A DNA stretch of 22,912 nucleotides, from the NCBI RefSeq assembly GCF_006345805.1, contig NW_021836689.1, positions 1 to 22,912 on the forward strand, given 5' to 3'. Position numbers and translations under genes: made by a program. This DNA is from Octopus sinensis (Eukaryota). Position 1 is the stretch's first letter; the number at the start of each line of letters is the position of its first letter. Positions 10,779 to 22,890 of this stretch are shown here, piece after piece. The notes beneath the pieces were generated by a model. The model was not told the origin of the DNA, ran no database searches, and saw nothing but the letters and a program-made list of their open reading frames with translations.

Positions 10779-10780
<2 letters not shown>

Positions 10781-11547
10781 GTTATAACAAGTTTGAATGA
10801 TAATGAAAATTATATCGAAACACAATGTCAAATGGTATTTTAACAATATACAATGATAATAATAAAGTATTTACAACAATAAATGCTAAATAATATCATA
10901 ACAATATAGTAATAATAATGAAATTCAGGATTAACAAGAAACAGTGGAAACGAAAATACTATAAAATTTATAAATCTTATAAAGAATATTATACAATAAT
11001 AATGATGGTAATACACAGTGCTAATAGTTACTGATAACACTATACAGCACTAACGATAATAATATACAGTGATATTGATAACAATATGCAATGATGATAA
11101 TGATATGTGATGTTGAATATGAATGATAATATGAATGATTAAAACAGATGGCAGAAAATGATACCAAATTGTAAATTTCATACGAATTATTTTGATTTTT
11201 ACCTCTGGCTAAAAAGACACTTAATCCCAATTGACCCTTTTCACGCCGAGCGCTGTTTACGTTATTTTAATTATGCTCAGAATAGATAGCATCCTTTCTG
11301 AAAAAGAAAGAAGTGAAGTTTACTCTCAGACATTCAAAACACAAAAACAGACGTAAAAATTAATTTAATTCGAAGGATTTTGTCAATTGGCCGTTTAATC
11401 CAATTAACGCTCCTGAAATTAGGCCTGAGCCACTACCCTACCATGCAATACCTTTCTATCGAACAACTGTGTGTATAGAGTGTGCACATGTGTGTGCATA
11501 ACCGAAAATATCACGTACCGGACAACTAGTCTAAGGGAGCAGATAAG

Positions 11548-11625
11548 GCAGTGTGGTAAGAAAGTTTACTTCATAGTTATGCGGGCTCAGTTTCGATTCT
11601 ACAGTATGATATCTTGAGCAAACCC
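11548..11625 (+). mobile_element. Decayed SINE family A tRNA-like head
   Basis: ggcagtgtggtaagaaagtttacttc...gtttcgattctacagtatgatatcttgagcaa corresponds to the head read on the minus strand at 13500-13575 and 15180-15220. Confidence 0.4.
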
Positions 11626-11759
11626 CATCATAGGAATCGATCCTGCTATTAGGATCATTTGATGGCCCTCGGATGACTTCATCAGGAGGCATAGCATTGT
11701 AAATATTTGGACCGGGTAAAAGGGCAACTCGCTGCCTCCCTCTCACAAATCTTGGAGGT

Positions 11760-11835
11760 CCGAAAAGAGATAATATGTAATTACTTACCCCTCCCCCAAA
11801 TTGCTGGCCTTGTGCCAACATTTGAAACCAATATG
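11760..11835 (+). mobile_element. SINE family B 3' tail variant
   Basis: tgtaattacttacccctcccccaaattgctggccttgtgccaacatttgaaaccaatat; homologous to 1045-1095. Confidence 0.55.
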
Positions 11836-12237
11836 ATACCATAGAGTACTGAGACAACCTTCAGTAGACATACATCAGGTCTTCTGGTATAAATGAACCC
11901 GATGTTTATCTCATAAGGCTCTCGCTTTCTGCAGGACCAAACCACGAACTAATCAACTAGCTTCGACTCGTTATTACCATTTACCAAGAATGTTTACTTA
12001 ATTCGGTCTTTAAAAAGCAGTGCAAGTTCCTTATACATTTTCTTTTAAGTTAAAAAAAGAAAAGAGTAACTGCGAGATATATATTCTCGCTACAGGACGA
12101 AAACGAGCAGAGACTGTTGATAACCCAGCAATAACAAGTTAAAACTAAATGAGCTGTTCTCACGTGCGTTCTGCTATGAAGCAGAGAGTAACGCGGATTA
12201 ATCACGGATCTACTTTTTTCTCAGATAGCCACTAAAG

Positions 12238-12487
12238 CAATGGTCCTCAGCCACGGTCCGTATGACCCTTAGGGTCCACATAGGCTTTTGATGTTAAAGT
12301 TTATGAGCAATAAATTGGTTATACGTCTATAATACACAGAATATTTTCACATTTTTTAAAATATAATTCCTCATAATGTTAAATTATAGATAGGATTTTT
12401 TAAATAATCGAATGGCTATGGGGGATCCAGTAGAGTAAAATCGGATTTAAAAGGATTCCATAGGCAGAAAATGGTTGCGAATCGCTG
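12238..12487. mobile_element. hAT (Charlie-like) MITE, decayed
   Basis: Left end CAATGGTCCTCAGCC and right end TGGTTGCGAATCGCTG fit CAGTGGTTCCCAACC-type TIRs. The flanking 8-mers cactaaag and cgcaaaac match at 5 of 8 positions. Confidence 0.6.
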
Positions 12488-12774
12488 CGCAAAACTTAGA
12501 TTTACAAAATGTTTATTAAAAACCATTGCAACAAAATAAGCCCTATAAACAATTTTTTTATATATTTTCTTTACATTTTTTTTATATGTTTGTATATTAT
12601 TGCATTTAGAATATATTACCAAAGGTGGAATTTTCTGTTCACCATCTGTCTTTCAGGGTTATGTTGTGTCTATTACGGAAAACGCAATATATATCCTAGA
12701 TTATGAATATATTCAATAGTTTTTTGTGCCTCAAATCTACTCATTAACCAAACAAAATATATATGTAACAAATA

Positions 12775-12775
12775 C

Positions 12776-12806
<31 letters not shown>

Positions 12807-12879
12807 CGCACACATATATGTATATATATATATATGTATACATATACATATATGTATATGTATACATATATGTATATGT

Positions 12880-12951
<72 letters not shown>

Positions 12952-13023
12952 ATACATGTATATGTGTGTATGTATGTATGTATGTATGTATGTATGTATG
13001 TATGTATGTATGAGTGTGTCTAT

Positions 13024-13062
<39 letters not shown>

Positions 13063-13065
13063 TGT
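12775..13065. repeat. Compound (CA)/(TA)/(TG)/(TATG) microsatellite
   Basis: Direct reading. Confidence 0.95.
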
Positions 13066-13324
13066 GTGTTCGTTCATTCGTTTGCTCGCTTGAAGTCCGT
13101 TTTCTATTCATGCTGGGGCTGGAGGAATACTATAGCTGATGCATTGTTTCGTAGCTGGATGCTCATCCTGACGCTAACACTTAACCATTTGACTCGTTTT
13201 CAACTGATTGGTTTGTTTACTACATGGCTTCTGAGGCACAAAGTGACCGGACGATTTGGGGAGACCATATACTGATCACAACAACGCCTGCTCCATAATC
13301 GTACCAGCGAGCATAGGTGTAAAC

Positions 13325-13346
13325 AAACACACACATTGTGCAAACA

Positions 13347-13384
<38 letters not shown>

Positions 13385-13402
13385 CACACACACCACACAC
13401 AC

Positions 13403-13433
<31 letters not shown>

Positions 13434-13443
13434 CACACACACA
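13325..13443. repeat. (CA)n microsatellite
   Basis: Direct reading; sits at the internal microsatellite position of SINE family A. Confidence 0.95.
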
Positions 13444-13575
13444 TGAAGGTCTTCTTTCAGTTTCCGTCTACCAAATTCGCGAACACAGACGGCAGAGGCC
13501 GAAGGTGCCGTGAAGTGGGAAACTGAATCCGAAATCACGTGGTTGAGAAAATACCTTCTGAAAAACCGCCATAGC
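13444..13575 (-). mobile_element. SINE family A head/core with internal deletion
   Basis: cttctttcagtttccgtctaccaaat is identical to 15114-15139. The sequence jumps to aaggtgccgtgaagtgggaaactgaatccg, so the central part is lost or replaced. Confidence 0.75.
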
Positions 13576-13819
13576 TGCAGTCTTTATACATATACGTTAT
13601 TGAGTGTTTTGCAGTAACTTAAGTTTCATTACTAGACGAAAAATTACAACATTTATAATAAACGAAATTTGCATTTCTTGACCACATTCATCAAGCCACG
13701 AAAGAAAAGAGAAAGAAACCCATATATCTGGATATGGCTTTAAGTCATCTGTAACTATTCCTATAACCTTTATGTCCCTCCTTGGACTCCATAATATCAA
13801 TAGCTAGCTAGCTAACTAA

Positions 13820-13820
<1 letters not shown>

Positions 13821-13884
<64 letters not shown>

Positions 13885-13891
13885 ATATATA
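13821..13891. repeat. (TA)n microsatellite
   Basis: Direct reading. Confidence 0.95.
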
Positions 13892-14092
13892 TTCACACAC
13901 AGTCATCATGATAGATCGTTAGCCACTACACACATTTTTTTTCTCTCCTTGTTTTTTCAGTGTCCATTTCTGTAGAAGAGCGTTGGCTCGAAACGTAAAA
14001 GACTTTTTCTATTCCCGACCGTTATACTAATACATCTATTTGTTTTGTACACCACCTGTCTTCGTCTTTTCTTTTTTTCGTAAACTCTCCCT
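13892..14092 (+). mobile_element. Penelope-associated non-autonomous repeat with hammerhead-variant-like motif
   Basis: Homologous to 1140-1255 and flanked by (TA)n. Contains CTGTAGA-A-GAGC-GTTG-GCTC-GAAAC-GTA (13970-13997). Confidence 0.6.
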
Positions 14093-14234
14093 GTATACAC
14101 ACGTACACTCACGTAAATTTGACAACTTGGATACTTTTTCTAAAACAAACATTGCCTTGCCTTAGTAAATATATTGTCTATGTACATTCCATCATTGCGG
14201 TGACACTATATTACCATGTTTGAAGAAATCGCGA

Positions 14235-14463
<229 letters not shown>

Positions 14464-14798
14464 CGGTATATATCTGTCTGGTCTAAATCAAATGTACGTG
14501 TATATATACAACGCATATATGTAAATACATACGTGTATACTTATGCCTGCTTATGTTTACGCAGTTAGTTTATGTAATTAATTAACTTTCATTAATTAAT
14601 ATATGTGTCTCACAATGTGTTTGCATGAGTGCCTTATTAAATACGAAACTAATTATATTTGTTAAAAATAGATAACTATATTCCATTATATATTTTATTT
14701 TATATTCCAAATTCTAACTAACATATCTATAAATGATAATTATACTGACGTGCTGGGCTTCGAATGTAAACGCTCCATTTTCATAATGTCGTTTATTG

Positions 14799-15041
14799 TT
14801 CTTTACATTCGGACATAAGACATGGGGTCATGCTGAGGAATTTCAGTCGAAAGAAGCCACCTCAATACTCATTATCTTTCTTAAAGTTTAGCGCTTATTC
14901 TATCGGGCCCTCTTTTGCCGAACCGTGAAATCACGGTGACGTAAACACAACAGCACTAGTTGTCAAGTGGTGGTGGGAAACAAAGACAGACACAGAAACA
15001 TACATACATACATACATACATACATAAATACATAAATACAT

Positions 15042-15073
<32 letters not shown>

Positions 15074-15220
15074 GTGTGTATGTGTGTGTGTGTGTGTACA
15101 TACGTACGACTGGCTTCTTTCAGTTTCCGTCTACCAAATCCACTCGCAAGCCTTTGGTCGACCCGAGGCTACAGTAGAAGACACTTGTGCAAGGTACCAC
15201 GCAGTGGGATTGAACCGAAC
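14799..15220 (-). mobile_element. tRNA-derived SINE family A, near full length, with internal microsatellite
   Basis: B-box-like GGTTCAATCCC (reverse complement of 15205-15215), core ggcttctttcagtttccgtctaccaaatccactc, internal (CATA)/(TG) repeat, and a tail matching 21470-21640 in reverse. Confidence 0.85.
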
Positions 15221-15259
15221 TTCGTACCACCCAGAGGTGTTCTATAGGTGAAGTTATAT

Positions 15260-15480
15260 CAACACCAGTGTTTGACGGGTATTGTATTTTATTGTACCCG
15301 GAAAGACAACAAAGTTAAGCCTGGCGGGGTTTTTGAGCTATGTAAGCCAACATAGACACAAAACCTGAAATTTGGAGCAGAAGTGAGACTACTCGATTAA
15401 ATTGACCCCAATATTTCAACGTTACTTTGTTTCACTGTGCCTGCAATATAACAAAACTAAACCCGGCGTGATTTTGAAAA
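15260..15480 (-). mobile_element. Two heavily decayed SINE family B core fragments
   Basis: tattttattgtacccggaaagacaacaaagttaagcctggcgggg and ctcgattaaattgaccccaatatttcaacgttactttgttt resemble gattacatcgaccccagtgcgtaacaggtacttaatttatcgaccccgaaagg at 19848-19900. Confidence 0.4.
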
Positions 15481-15503
15481 AGCACAATATAGAAGGTTTA
15501 GAT

Positions 15504-15821
15504 TAAGGATGGAAACTTTATGGTCCGCTACAGAGTTTTATGCGGCCCACGAAAGCATTCAACATACATTTGTCTTATTAAAACTCTGTGTCTCTGTGTA
15601 ATTTGCACAGAAATAAATTTAAGGAGACCTTTTCTGTGTACCACTTTTGTTTTAGCTTTATTTATTATTACTATTATTATTATTATTATTATTACTATGA
15701 TTCAATTTACACTTCGCATTAAATGAAATGCAATTAATACGATCAGTTATAGAAAGTGTGGTCCTCCGCTAACCACGGCCCTCTCAAAGTGGCCCCCGAG
15801 CCAAAACAATTGTCCGCCCCG
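15504..15821. mobile_element. hAT-type MITE with perfect 8-bp TSD
   Basis: GTTTAGAT occurs at 15496-15503 and 15822-15829. Ends TAAGGATGGAAAC and TTGTCCGCCCCG resemble CAGGGGTGGGCAAC-type TIRs, with subterminal gcggccc/ggcccc motifs. Confidence 0.8.
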
Positions 15822-16321
15822 GTTTAGATGATTACAATGACAGGTACTTAACAGGTACTTTACTGACGGGCTTTGATCTCAAGATGTAAATGATTGTGGT
15901 GAAATACTTTGCATAGATAGTTCAGGGGATAGGATATTGGACAACCAGCCTGGAGGTTTGTATCTAATTAGAGACGTGCGTTGTTTCTGGGGCCACTACA
16001 CAAATTTCTCAAAGGCTCAATCCACTTAGCTGTATGTAATATAGTAGCGGTGGTAAAAAAACCCCCAAAAAACTCTTAGTTGTAAGCAGAGGCAGTACTA
16101 TAAGAATTCGCGAATGATTCGTAAATCTGTAGCGCAGAGTTCAATTCCTGTCTTTTATTCGATGTTGAAGAGTTAGTATTGATCCAGGCAGTTTCACTCT
16201 TCATCCATCAGCATTACCGAAACTTCAGAGACCTCTGTTATAAATAACAAGCTTTTTTTAAAAAAATATATTTGAAAAACGTTATATACATATATATATA
16301 CATGTGTATATATACACATAT

Positions 16322-16377
<56 letters not shown>

Positions 16378-16984
16378 ATATATACATGCACACACATACA
16401 TATACATACACATATAAACACGCGCACGTATATGTATATATATATATTTATATTAACTGATCAAAAATAAAAGAAGTGACAGAAAAGATGTATATTCCAT
16501 CTGTTGACAGTTGTTTCGTAATCTGTGTCAAGTTACATCAACACCATAAATCTTCCAGTACACACATAAATTAATATACATATACATATGTGTATATACA
16601 TATAGATGTAATTGCGCTGCAACATAATGAACAGATTACTCATCAGAGCAAATCATGGCAAGTGAAACGTCAGAACTCCGCTAGAATCAGCTTTGTTACA
16701 TTATATAGCAGCAGAAAAGATATATGGCACTTTCCACTTTTGACAGATATTTGAGTGACTAAATATGGAACACACTAAACAAAAAGAAGTAAAAAAAAAA
16801 TGAAAAGAAAAGAAAAACAAAGATAAATAGATAAGAGGTATCGGAGGAAATAAATATGGTGAAATTAAAAAAAGCGAAATAAAATAAATTAATCATAAAG
16901 AATTAATTACTAAAATGGGCCGAAAATACCCATAGGATATAAATAAATAAAACATAGTTGGATAGTGAGGTGTGATTTTTCGAA

Positions 16985-17067
16985 TATATATATGTGTATG
17001 TATGTATGTATGTATGTATGTATGTATGTATGTATGTATGTATGTATGTATGTATTATGTATGTATA
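16985..17067. repeat. (TATG)n microsatellite
   Basis: Direct reading. Confidence 0.95.
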
Positions 17068-17199
17068 AAGCTATCGAAACAGCGTTGATATTTGGTCGAT
17101 AACTAATGAAGGACTAATCATAATCCGCGTCCACTGAGTGTGTTTTTCTCATGTTTTTTTTTCCCGTATATTCTTTTGTCGTTCCACTGTGACACATTT

Positions 17200-17669
<470 letters not shown>

Positions 17670-17807
17670 GTTTAGAAAAATTATCGAAGAGCTGCGGATC
17701 TTGGATGTGGTTTGGTGTTCCGATTAAACAGTTTTACATAATATGCTGCACTAATTGTTTCTAGGATATGCACAAGGCCAGAAATTTAATTTAGGACAGG
17801 GATGTTG

Positions 17808-17941
17808 TTTTTATCGATCCCGAAAGGTAAAAAACAAAGGCAAAGGCGACTTCGCTGGATTCGACCTCAGAACATAAGGGCTCGGAACAGATTCCGAAAG
17901 GTATTTAACCAGATACTCTATCAATTCTGCCAATCTACCGA
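17808..17941 (-). mobile_element. Decayed SINE family B 5' half
   Basis: tttatcgatcccgaaagg...aaaggcaaaggcgacttcgctggattcgacctcagaacataa...ttctgccaatctaccg parallels 19882-20006. Confidence 0.7.
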
Positions 17942-18396
17942 CATTCATGTTGCACTAATCATGATCTTGGGAAAAAAAAAAAACTGTTGGATTTTCTCAT
18001 TTGTCCGACCCTAAAAGATTTTGGTGAGTCCACGATGCGATTTCGAGTTCCGATAGAGGCTGGATAACATTTTTTTTTCGCCAATTTTTCGTTCGTCCAC
18101 CTATATGGACGATCATAACATCTTTTATAGGTTCAAACGCCAGTGTGTACGGGAATGATTAATAAGTGGGGTTTTTTTTTTACTGTTTATTGTTTGTTTT
18201 ATTTTATTTTTACCCGTCATTGTGCCGGCGGTTCTGCACTTTCATAATCCTGTCTTCAGTTCAGTATACCTGTTCATACCTGTTCATACCTGTCCATGGC
18301 TTGTTCAGATGCTACGGCATTAGTACTGGTCTTGGGAAAGGTACGAATCTTACGACTTCCCATTTTACCAACAATAAAGATATCGGGTTGTCCTTA

Positions 18397-18428
18397 CACA
18401 CAAACACACACACACAAACACACACACA

Positions 18429-18507
<79 letters not shown>
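18397..18507. repeat. (CA)n microsatellite
   Basis: Direct reading. Confidence 0.95.
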
Positions 18508-18512
<5 letters not shown>

Positions 18513-18599
18513 CATTCGTGTCTCTGTTTTGGGAGAGGATTTATGACATACTAAGTTGAGTCAATTTCTATATTGCATCAATATTCATATTATTTCATT

Positions 18600-18911
18600 A
18601 ACACCCTTCATTCACACATGTTTATACATACCTACATGCATACATACATACATAAATACGTACATAGATACAAGCATACATACACACAATCATACACACA
18701 TACATACATATATGCGTATGTACGTATATATTTTCATATATATATTTATGCACGAATTCGTAAGTGTATATATACATATATATATATATGTGTGTGTATA
18801 TATATGTGTGTATACATACATACATACATACATACATACATACATACAATTTCGTATTGGGAAATCTTTTATCGGTTAAAAGTTCTTGTTCAAACCATTC
18901 ACTGCCACTAG

Positions 18912-18944
<33 letters not shown>

Positions 18945-18970
18945 ATATATATATAATATATATAATATAT

Positions 18971-19003
<33 letters not shown>

Positions 19004-19230
19004 GTATGTATATATATATGTATATATATATAAGTATATATATATATATAATATATATATATATATGTATGTATATATGTATGTATGTAGTTATGTGTAT
19101 ATATATATATATATGAATATATATAAATCCATATATATATATATACATATATACATATATACATACATATACATCCACACACACATATACACTTATACCC
19201 ATACACATTCATTACTTATACATACACATA
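18600..19230. repeat. Compound (CATA)n/(TA)n microsatellite block
   Basis: Direct reading; interrupted by a short unique stretch at about 18850-18910. Confidence 0.9.
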
Positions 19231-19776
19231 ACACTCGAATATAACTATATATAAAATGTAGTATTATATCAAAAATGTAAAATTTAATAAAATTTGTCTT
19301 TTCTTAAAAATTTATATCAAGTCATTTTGTTTTTTTTTTGTTGTTGCTGTTGTAGATTTTGTTGCTGTTGTTTTCACACGTGTTTGGTTTACCTTGTTTC
19401 TGTTTTTTTTTCTTTCTTTTTTGTACGATTTACTTATAGGCAGAAACAGTCAGAGTCGTAAATTAACCTGATTCTTGGAACAGTGTGGTCCCCACTAAAA
19501 TCATACAAGTTCCATAATTTACTGCCCAAAAGTAAACTAGAAGCGGCTGCATAAATACCTCCTGTATTCACCATTTCCACAGCAAACGCACAATTCGCTA
19601 CATCAAAAACAGAGATAATAACTATTTAGCAGCTGCATAAAAAAACAGTAAAACATTAGCTACATAAAGATTTCTTTAGGATCTGTCTGTCTTTAAAAAC
19701 GCCATAGTAAACGCTGTATAAAATATGGGAGGTGTTTTTGTCACAAAAAGAACTAGACATATTTCTATCTACAAAA

Positions 19777-20006
19777 CCTATTTCTTTACTGCCCACAAGG
19801 GGCTAAACACAGAGGGGACAAACAAGGACAGACAAACGGATTAAGTCGATTACATCGACCCCAGTGCGTAACAGGTACTTAATTTATCGACCCCGAAAGG
19901 ATGAAAGGCAAAGTCGACCTTGGTGGAATTTGAACTCAGAACGTAACGCCAGACGAAATACGTCTATGTATTTTGCCCGGCGTGCTAACGTTTCTGCCAG
20001 CTCGCC
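19777..20006 (-). mobile_element. Young full-length tRNA-derived SINE family B with TSD
   Basis: Minus-strand head GGCGAGCTGGCAGAAACGTTAGCACG, B box GAGTTCAAATTCC (19925-19937), and core atcgaccccgaaaggatgaaaggcaaagtcgacc. TSD TATCTACAA at 19766-19774 and 20007-20015. Confidence 0.9.
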
Positions 20007-21254
20007 TATCTACAATACCGGATGAACAAACAGCCCGACATGAGGTACAAACAAGGGCAGATCTTTACGAAATTTGGAAATTTTATTCTATGCATAAGGG
20101 CCACAACCCCCATGACAATTCATATATTTTTGCTGTTGATGAAATTTTAACCATAGATATTAGACACAAATGATGTAATATTTATAAAATTTCATCTTCT
20201 TATAAGTTAGAAAGATCCCTCCATGGGGACTTAACACCCACAATTTACTCATTTTATCTAAGCAAAAGACGAATATAGTTGTACTCTTGGAAGCTGTAGG
20301 GTCACCCAAGTATAAAAGATGAGCATTATTTGTAATTCAATGGTACAACAGTGTAAGAGTTTGCTTTGACATATACTTAGATTGTGATTTCTACAATGTG
20401 GTGCATAAATTGTCAAGTAAATGAGAGGCATCTTTGCCTCTACTGATTCATTTGCAAAGTGTTGAGTAAAGTTATTTGATTGCAGACCTCCTTTCAGTCT
20501 TTTTACTATCACTGGGTCACACATAGTCCTCATATGGTAACATTGATTTCAAGACCTTCCCAGATGAGTGACTGGTTATTCAAAGGCATTTATAGATTGT
20601 AAATTTATTCTGTCCAGCTGCGTATCAGTATAGTGGTCATTTGCAAACTCCAACTTTCATTTCTCCTTAGCCTTCACGTCACACAGTTGTCAATGTTTAT
20701 TTCAGTTGGGTCACGCCCTTCCAATTGCTATAGATTCTTAATGCATCGTACGGCTGTGCCTGTCACCTGGATGCTGAGGAATCCTACACTGGGAGTGGTA
20801 ACGACTATGGTAGGGTAGTTGACTGCTTATTGTGATCATTCGTCTTTTGGTTTCCTGTAGCTTTGCAATCTTTTACAAATCCAATGAACATATACTTCCT
20901 ATTTCAAAGAAATTCAAATAATAGATATAAGACCCTAGTTAAAAAGATTCCCAACAATTCAACTTCTCTGGATGACATTAAGATGCCCACCCCCAATAAG
21001 GGCGTTAACTCTCACATTTTAGAGCTACATGACCTCCATTTTTCAGGAGCAAAATCCTTTTAACAGGTTCTATAAGACTGGAATTTTGGAATATGCGCAT
21101 AAAAATCAGTAGTATGGGATACATGTGGCACGATTTTAGGGTGTGTACAGAGGGAAAGAATCCTCATCTGCAATTTTGATGAAATTAGAAACATAGGTAT
21201 TCCAGTTCATTACAGAAAATATAACAGAAAAGTCTAATTCTTCAATTGTATGTA

Positions 21255-21283
21255 ACTCGGGCACGCCAGGTATCTCAGCTAGT
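21255..21283 (+). mobile_element. Probable Helitron 3' terminus
   Basis: A GC-rich imperfect hairpin ctcgggcacgccagg is followed after a short spacer by CTAG|T (21279-21283), the Helitron 3' signature. The 5' TC end was not located. Confidence 0.4.
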
Positions 21284-21368
21284 ATATATATATATATATA
21301 TTATATATACAACCTAAGGAATATATATTATATATATATATAATATAATATATATATATATATATAAT

Positions 21369-21406
<38 letters not shown>
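21284..21406. repeat. (TA)n microsatellite
   Basis: Direct reading. Confidence 0.9.
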
Positions 21407-21469
21407 CAAACTAAGGAAAATAATTCCCTCAAAGGGGTGTATGAAACATACATGTATATATTTATGCGT

Positions 21470-21640
21470 GTGTGTCCTCCGCCAACCGACGTTGGTGTGT
21501 TTATGTCCCCGTTAGCTAGCGGTTCGGCAAAAGATGGTGACAGAATACGTACCAGGCTTTCTACGAATAATTTCTTTGACTATAACCGTTTGAGGCAGTG
21601 TTCCAGCATGGCCGCAGTCAAATGACTGAAACATATAAAC
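21470..21640 (+). mobile_element. SINE family A 3' half
   Basis: ggtgtgtttatgtccccgttagctagcggttcggcaaaagatggtgacagaatacgtaccaggc...ccagcatggccgcagtcaaatgactgaaac is the reverse complement homologue of 14800-14970. Confidence 0.8.
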
Positions 21641-21689
21641 GAATAACAGTACACACATATATATATATATGAAAAGAAAGCTAGTGCAC

Positions 21690-21692
<3 letters not shown>

Positions 21693-21743
<51 letters not shown>
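21693..21743. repeat. (GA)n followed by poly-G
   Basis: Direct reading. Confidence 0.95.
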
Positions 21744-22593
21744 TAAAAAGGATTAGGGGAAAATAAAAATAAGGTGTTACTTTAGGGGAACATTGATGTC
21801 GACGTCGATAGAGGCGGCGGTGATGACTGTTCTTTTGGTGATGTTGTTGGTGGAGGTGGATTACTTGAAGCAGTTTAAATATGGCACCTTTTTTTCTCAA
21901 ACGTGTACTTTTAGTTTAAATACTTTATTAGAGATAGCAGCCCCTGGGGGTGGGGCTACCACAGCCCTCTCATCCCTTTGAGACGTCGTGAAGTGTCCCT
22001 TGGTGTATAGGGGATGTGTGGGCGAGGTCAGGCTTTGCTTAAGTGCGATTCTACCATTTCAAAATTTATACTGCATCAGTGAACGTGGGCGTCTATGTAT
22101 GGTCCCAAGGCCCTGCTAAAAATAGCAGCCGAATCTCTTTGAAATTACTTACAGTATCGTACAAAAAAAGAAAAAGAGGCAGAAAGTCATATTCCATAAG
22201 ATGCATGTGAGATGAAATGTCTATGAAAGCGATATGGTCACGGCTAGAAGGGTTTGGATCAGACTTCGACTCGATCAGGGCTGACCTGACCTAGGTCTAG
22301 ACAGCAACGAGGACGATGACGACGACGACAGAATCCTGGGCGATACGAGTCAATTACTGGAAGAGCCTCTACGTGGTCGTACAATCTGCGAAATAGCAGT
22401 TATATTTCTTCGAAGGGCCGCCGCTTCCTTTTTTCTTTTTAAGGAAAGGAAAGGAAAGGTGTGTTGGATGAATTAATCTGAAATAAGCTTAAAAAAAAAA
22501 ATTTTTTTAATGCGGAATGGTCGTGACTGGAACGTCTTTGATCCTGAGTCAGTTCGATCAGAACTGACAGCAGTGTCGGAGCAAAGGTGCGAG

Positions 22594-22890
22594 TACAATA
22601 ACAACCACAACAGCAGCAACCACCACCACCACAACAACAAGAACCACAACTACAACAACAACCGCAACTACAACAGCAGCAACAACTACAACAGCAACAA
22701 CAACCACAACAAGAACCACAACTACAACAACAGCAACAACCGCAACAGCAACAACAACAACAGCAACAACAAGAAGAACCACAACAACCACAACTACAGC
22801 AACCACAACAACAACCACAACTATAGCAACAATCATAACATCCACAACAACAACATCAGTAACAACAACCACAACAAAAACAACAATAAC
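22594..22890. repeat. Degenerate (AAC/CAC/AGC/TAC)n trinucleotide array
   Basis: Direct reading; source of the poly-Val antisense ORF. Confidence 0.9.

Noticed and set aside
18024-18346. Plus-strand donor TTG|GTGAGT (18024) and a 32-nt exon-like segment 18309-18340 (DATALVLVLGK) after an (ATACCTGTTC)x3 repeat
   Set aside because: No acceptor for the first donor, the second donor (gtacga) is weak, and no coherent gene model could be built.
19435-19625. ~60-codon open minus-strand frame (IISVFDVANCAFAVEMVNTGGIYAAASSLLLGSKLWNLYDFSG...)
   Set aside because: A faint resemblance to integrin-alpha FG-GAP text did not hold up. There is no good donor, and the length is compatible with chance.
20340-21060. 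Copia RT-like, Tc1-like or Helitron helicase-like words in translated frames
   Set aside because: Only 3-5 residue resemblances, with no catalytic motif in correct spacing.
21790-22430. Moderately GC/CpG-rich patches
   Set aside because: No ORF, repeat family or splice pattern that I can support; may be regulatory or TE-derived.
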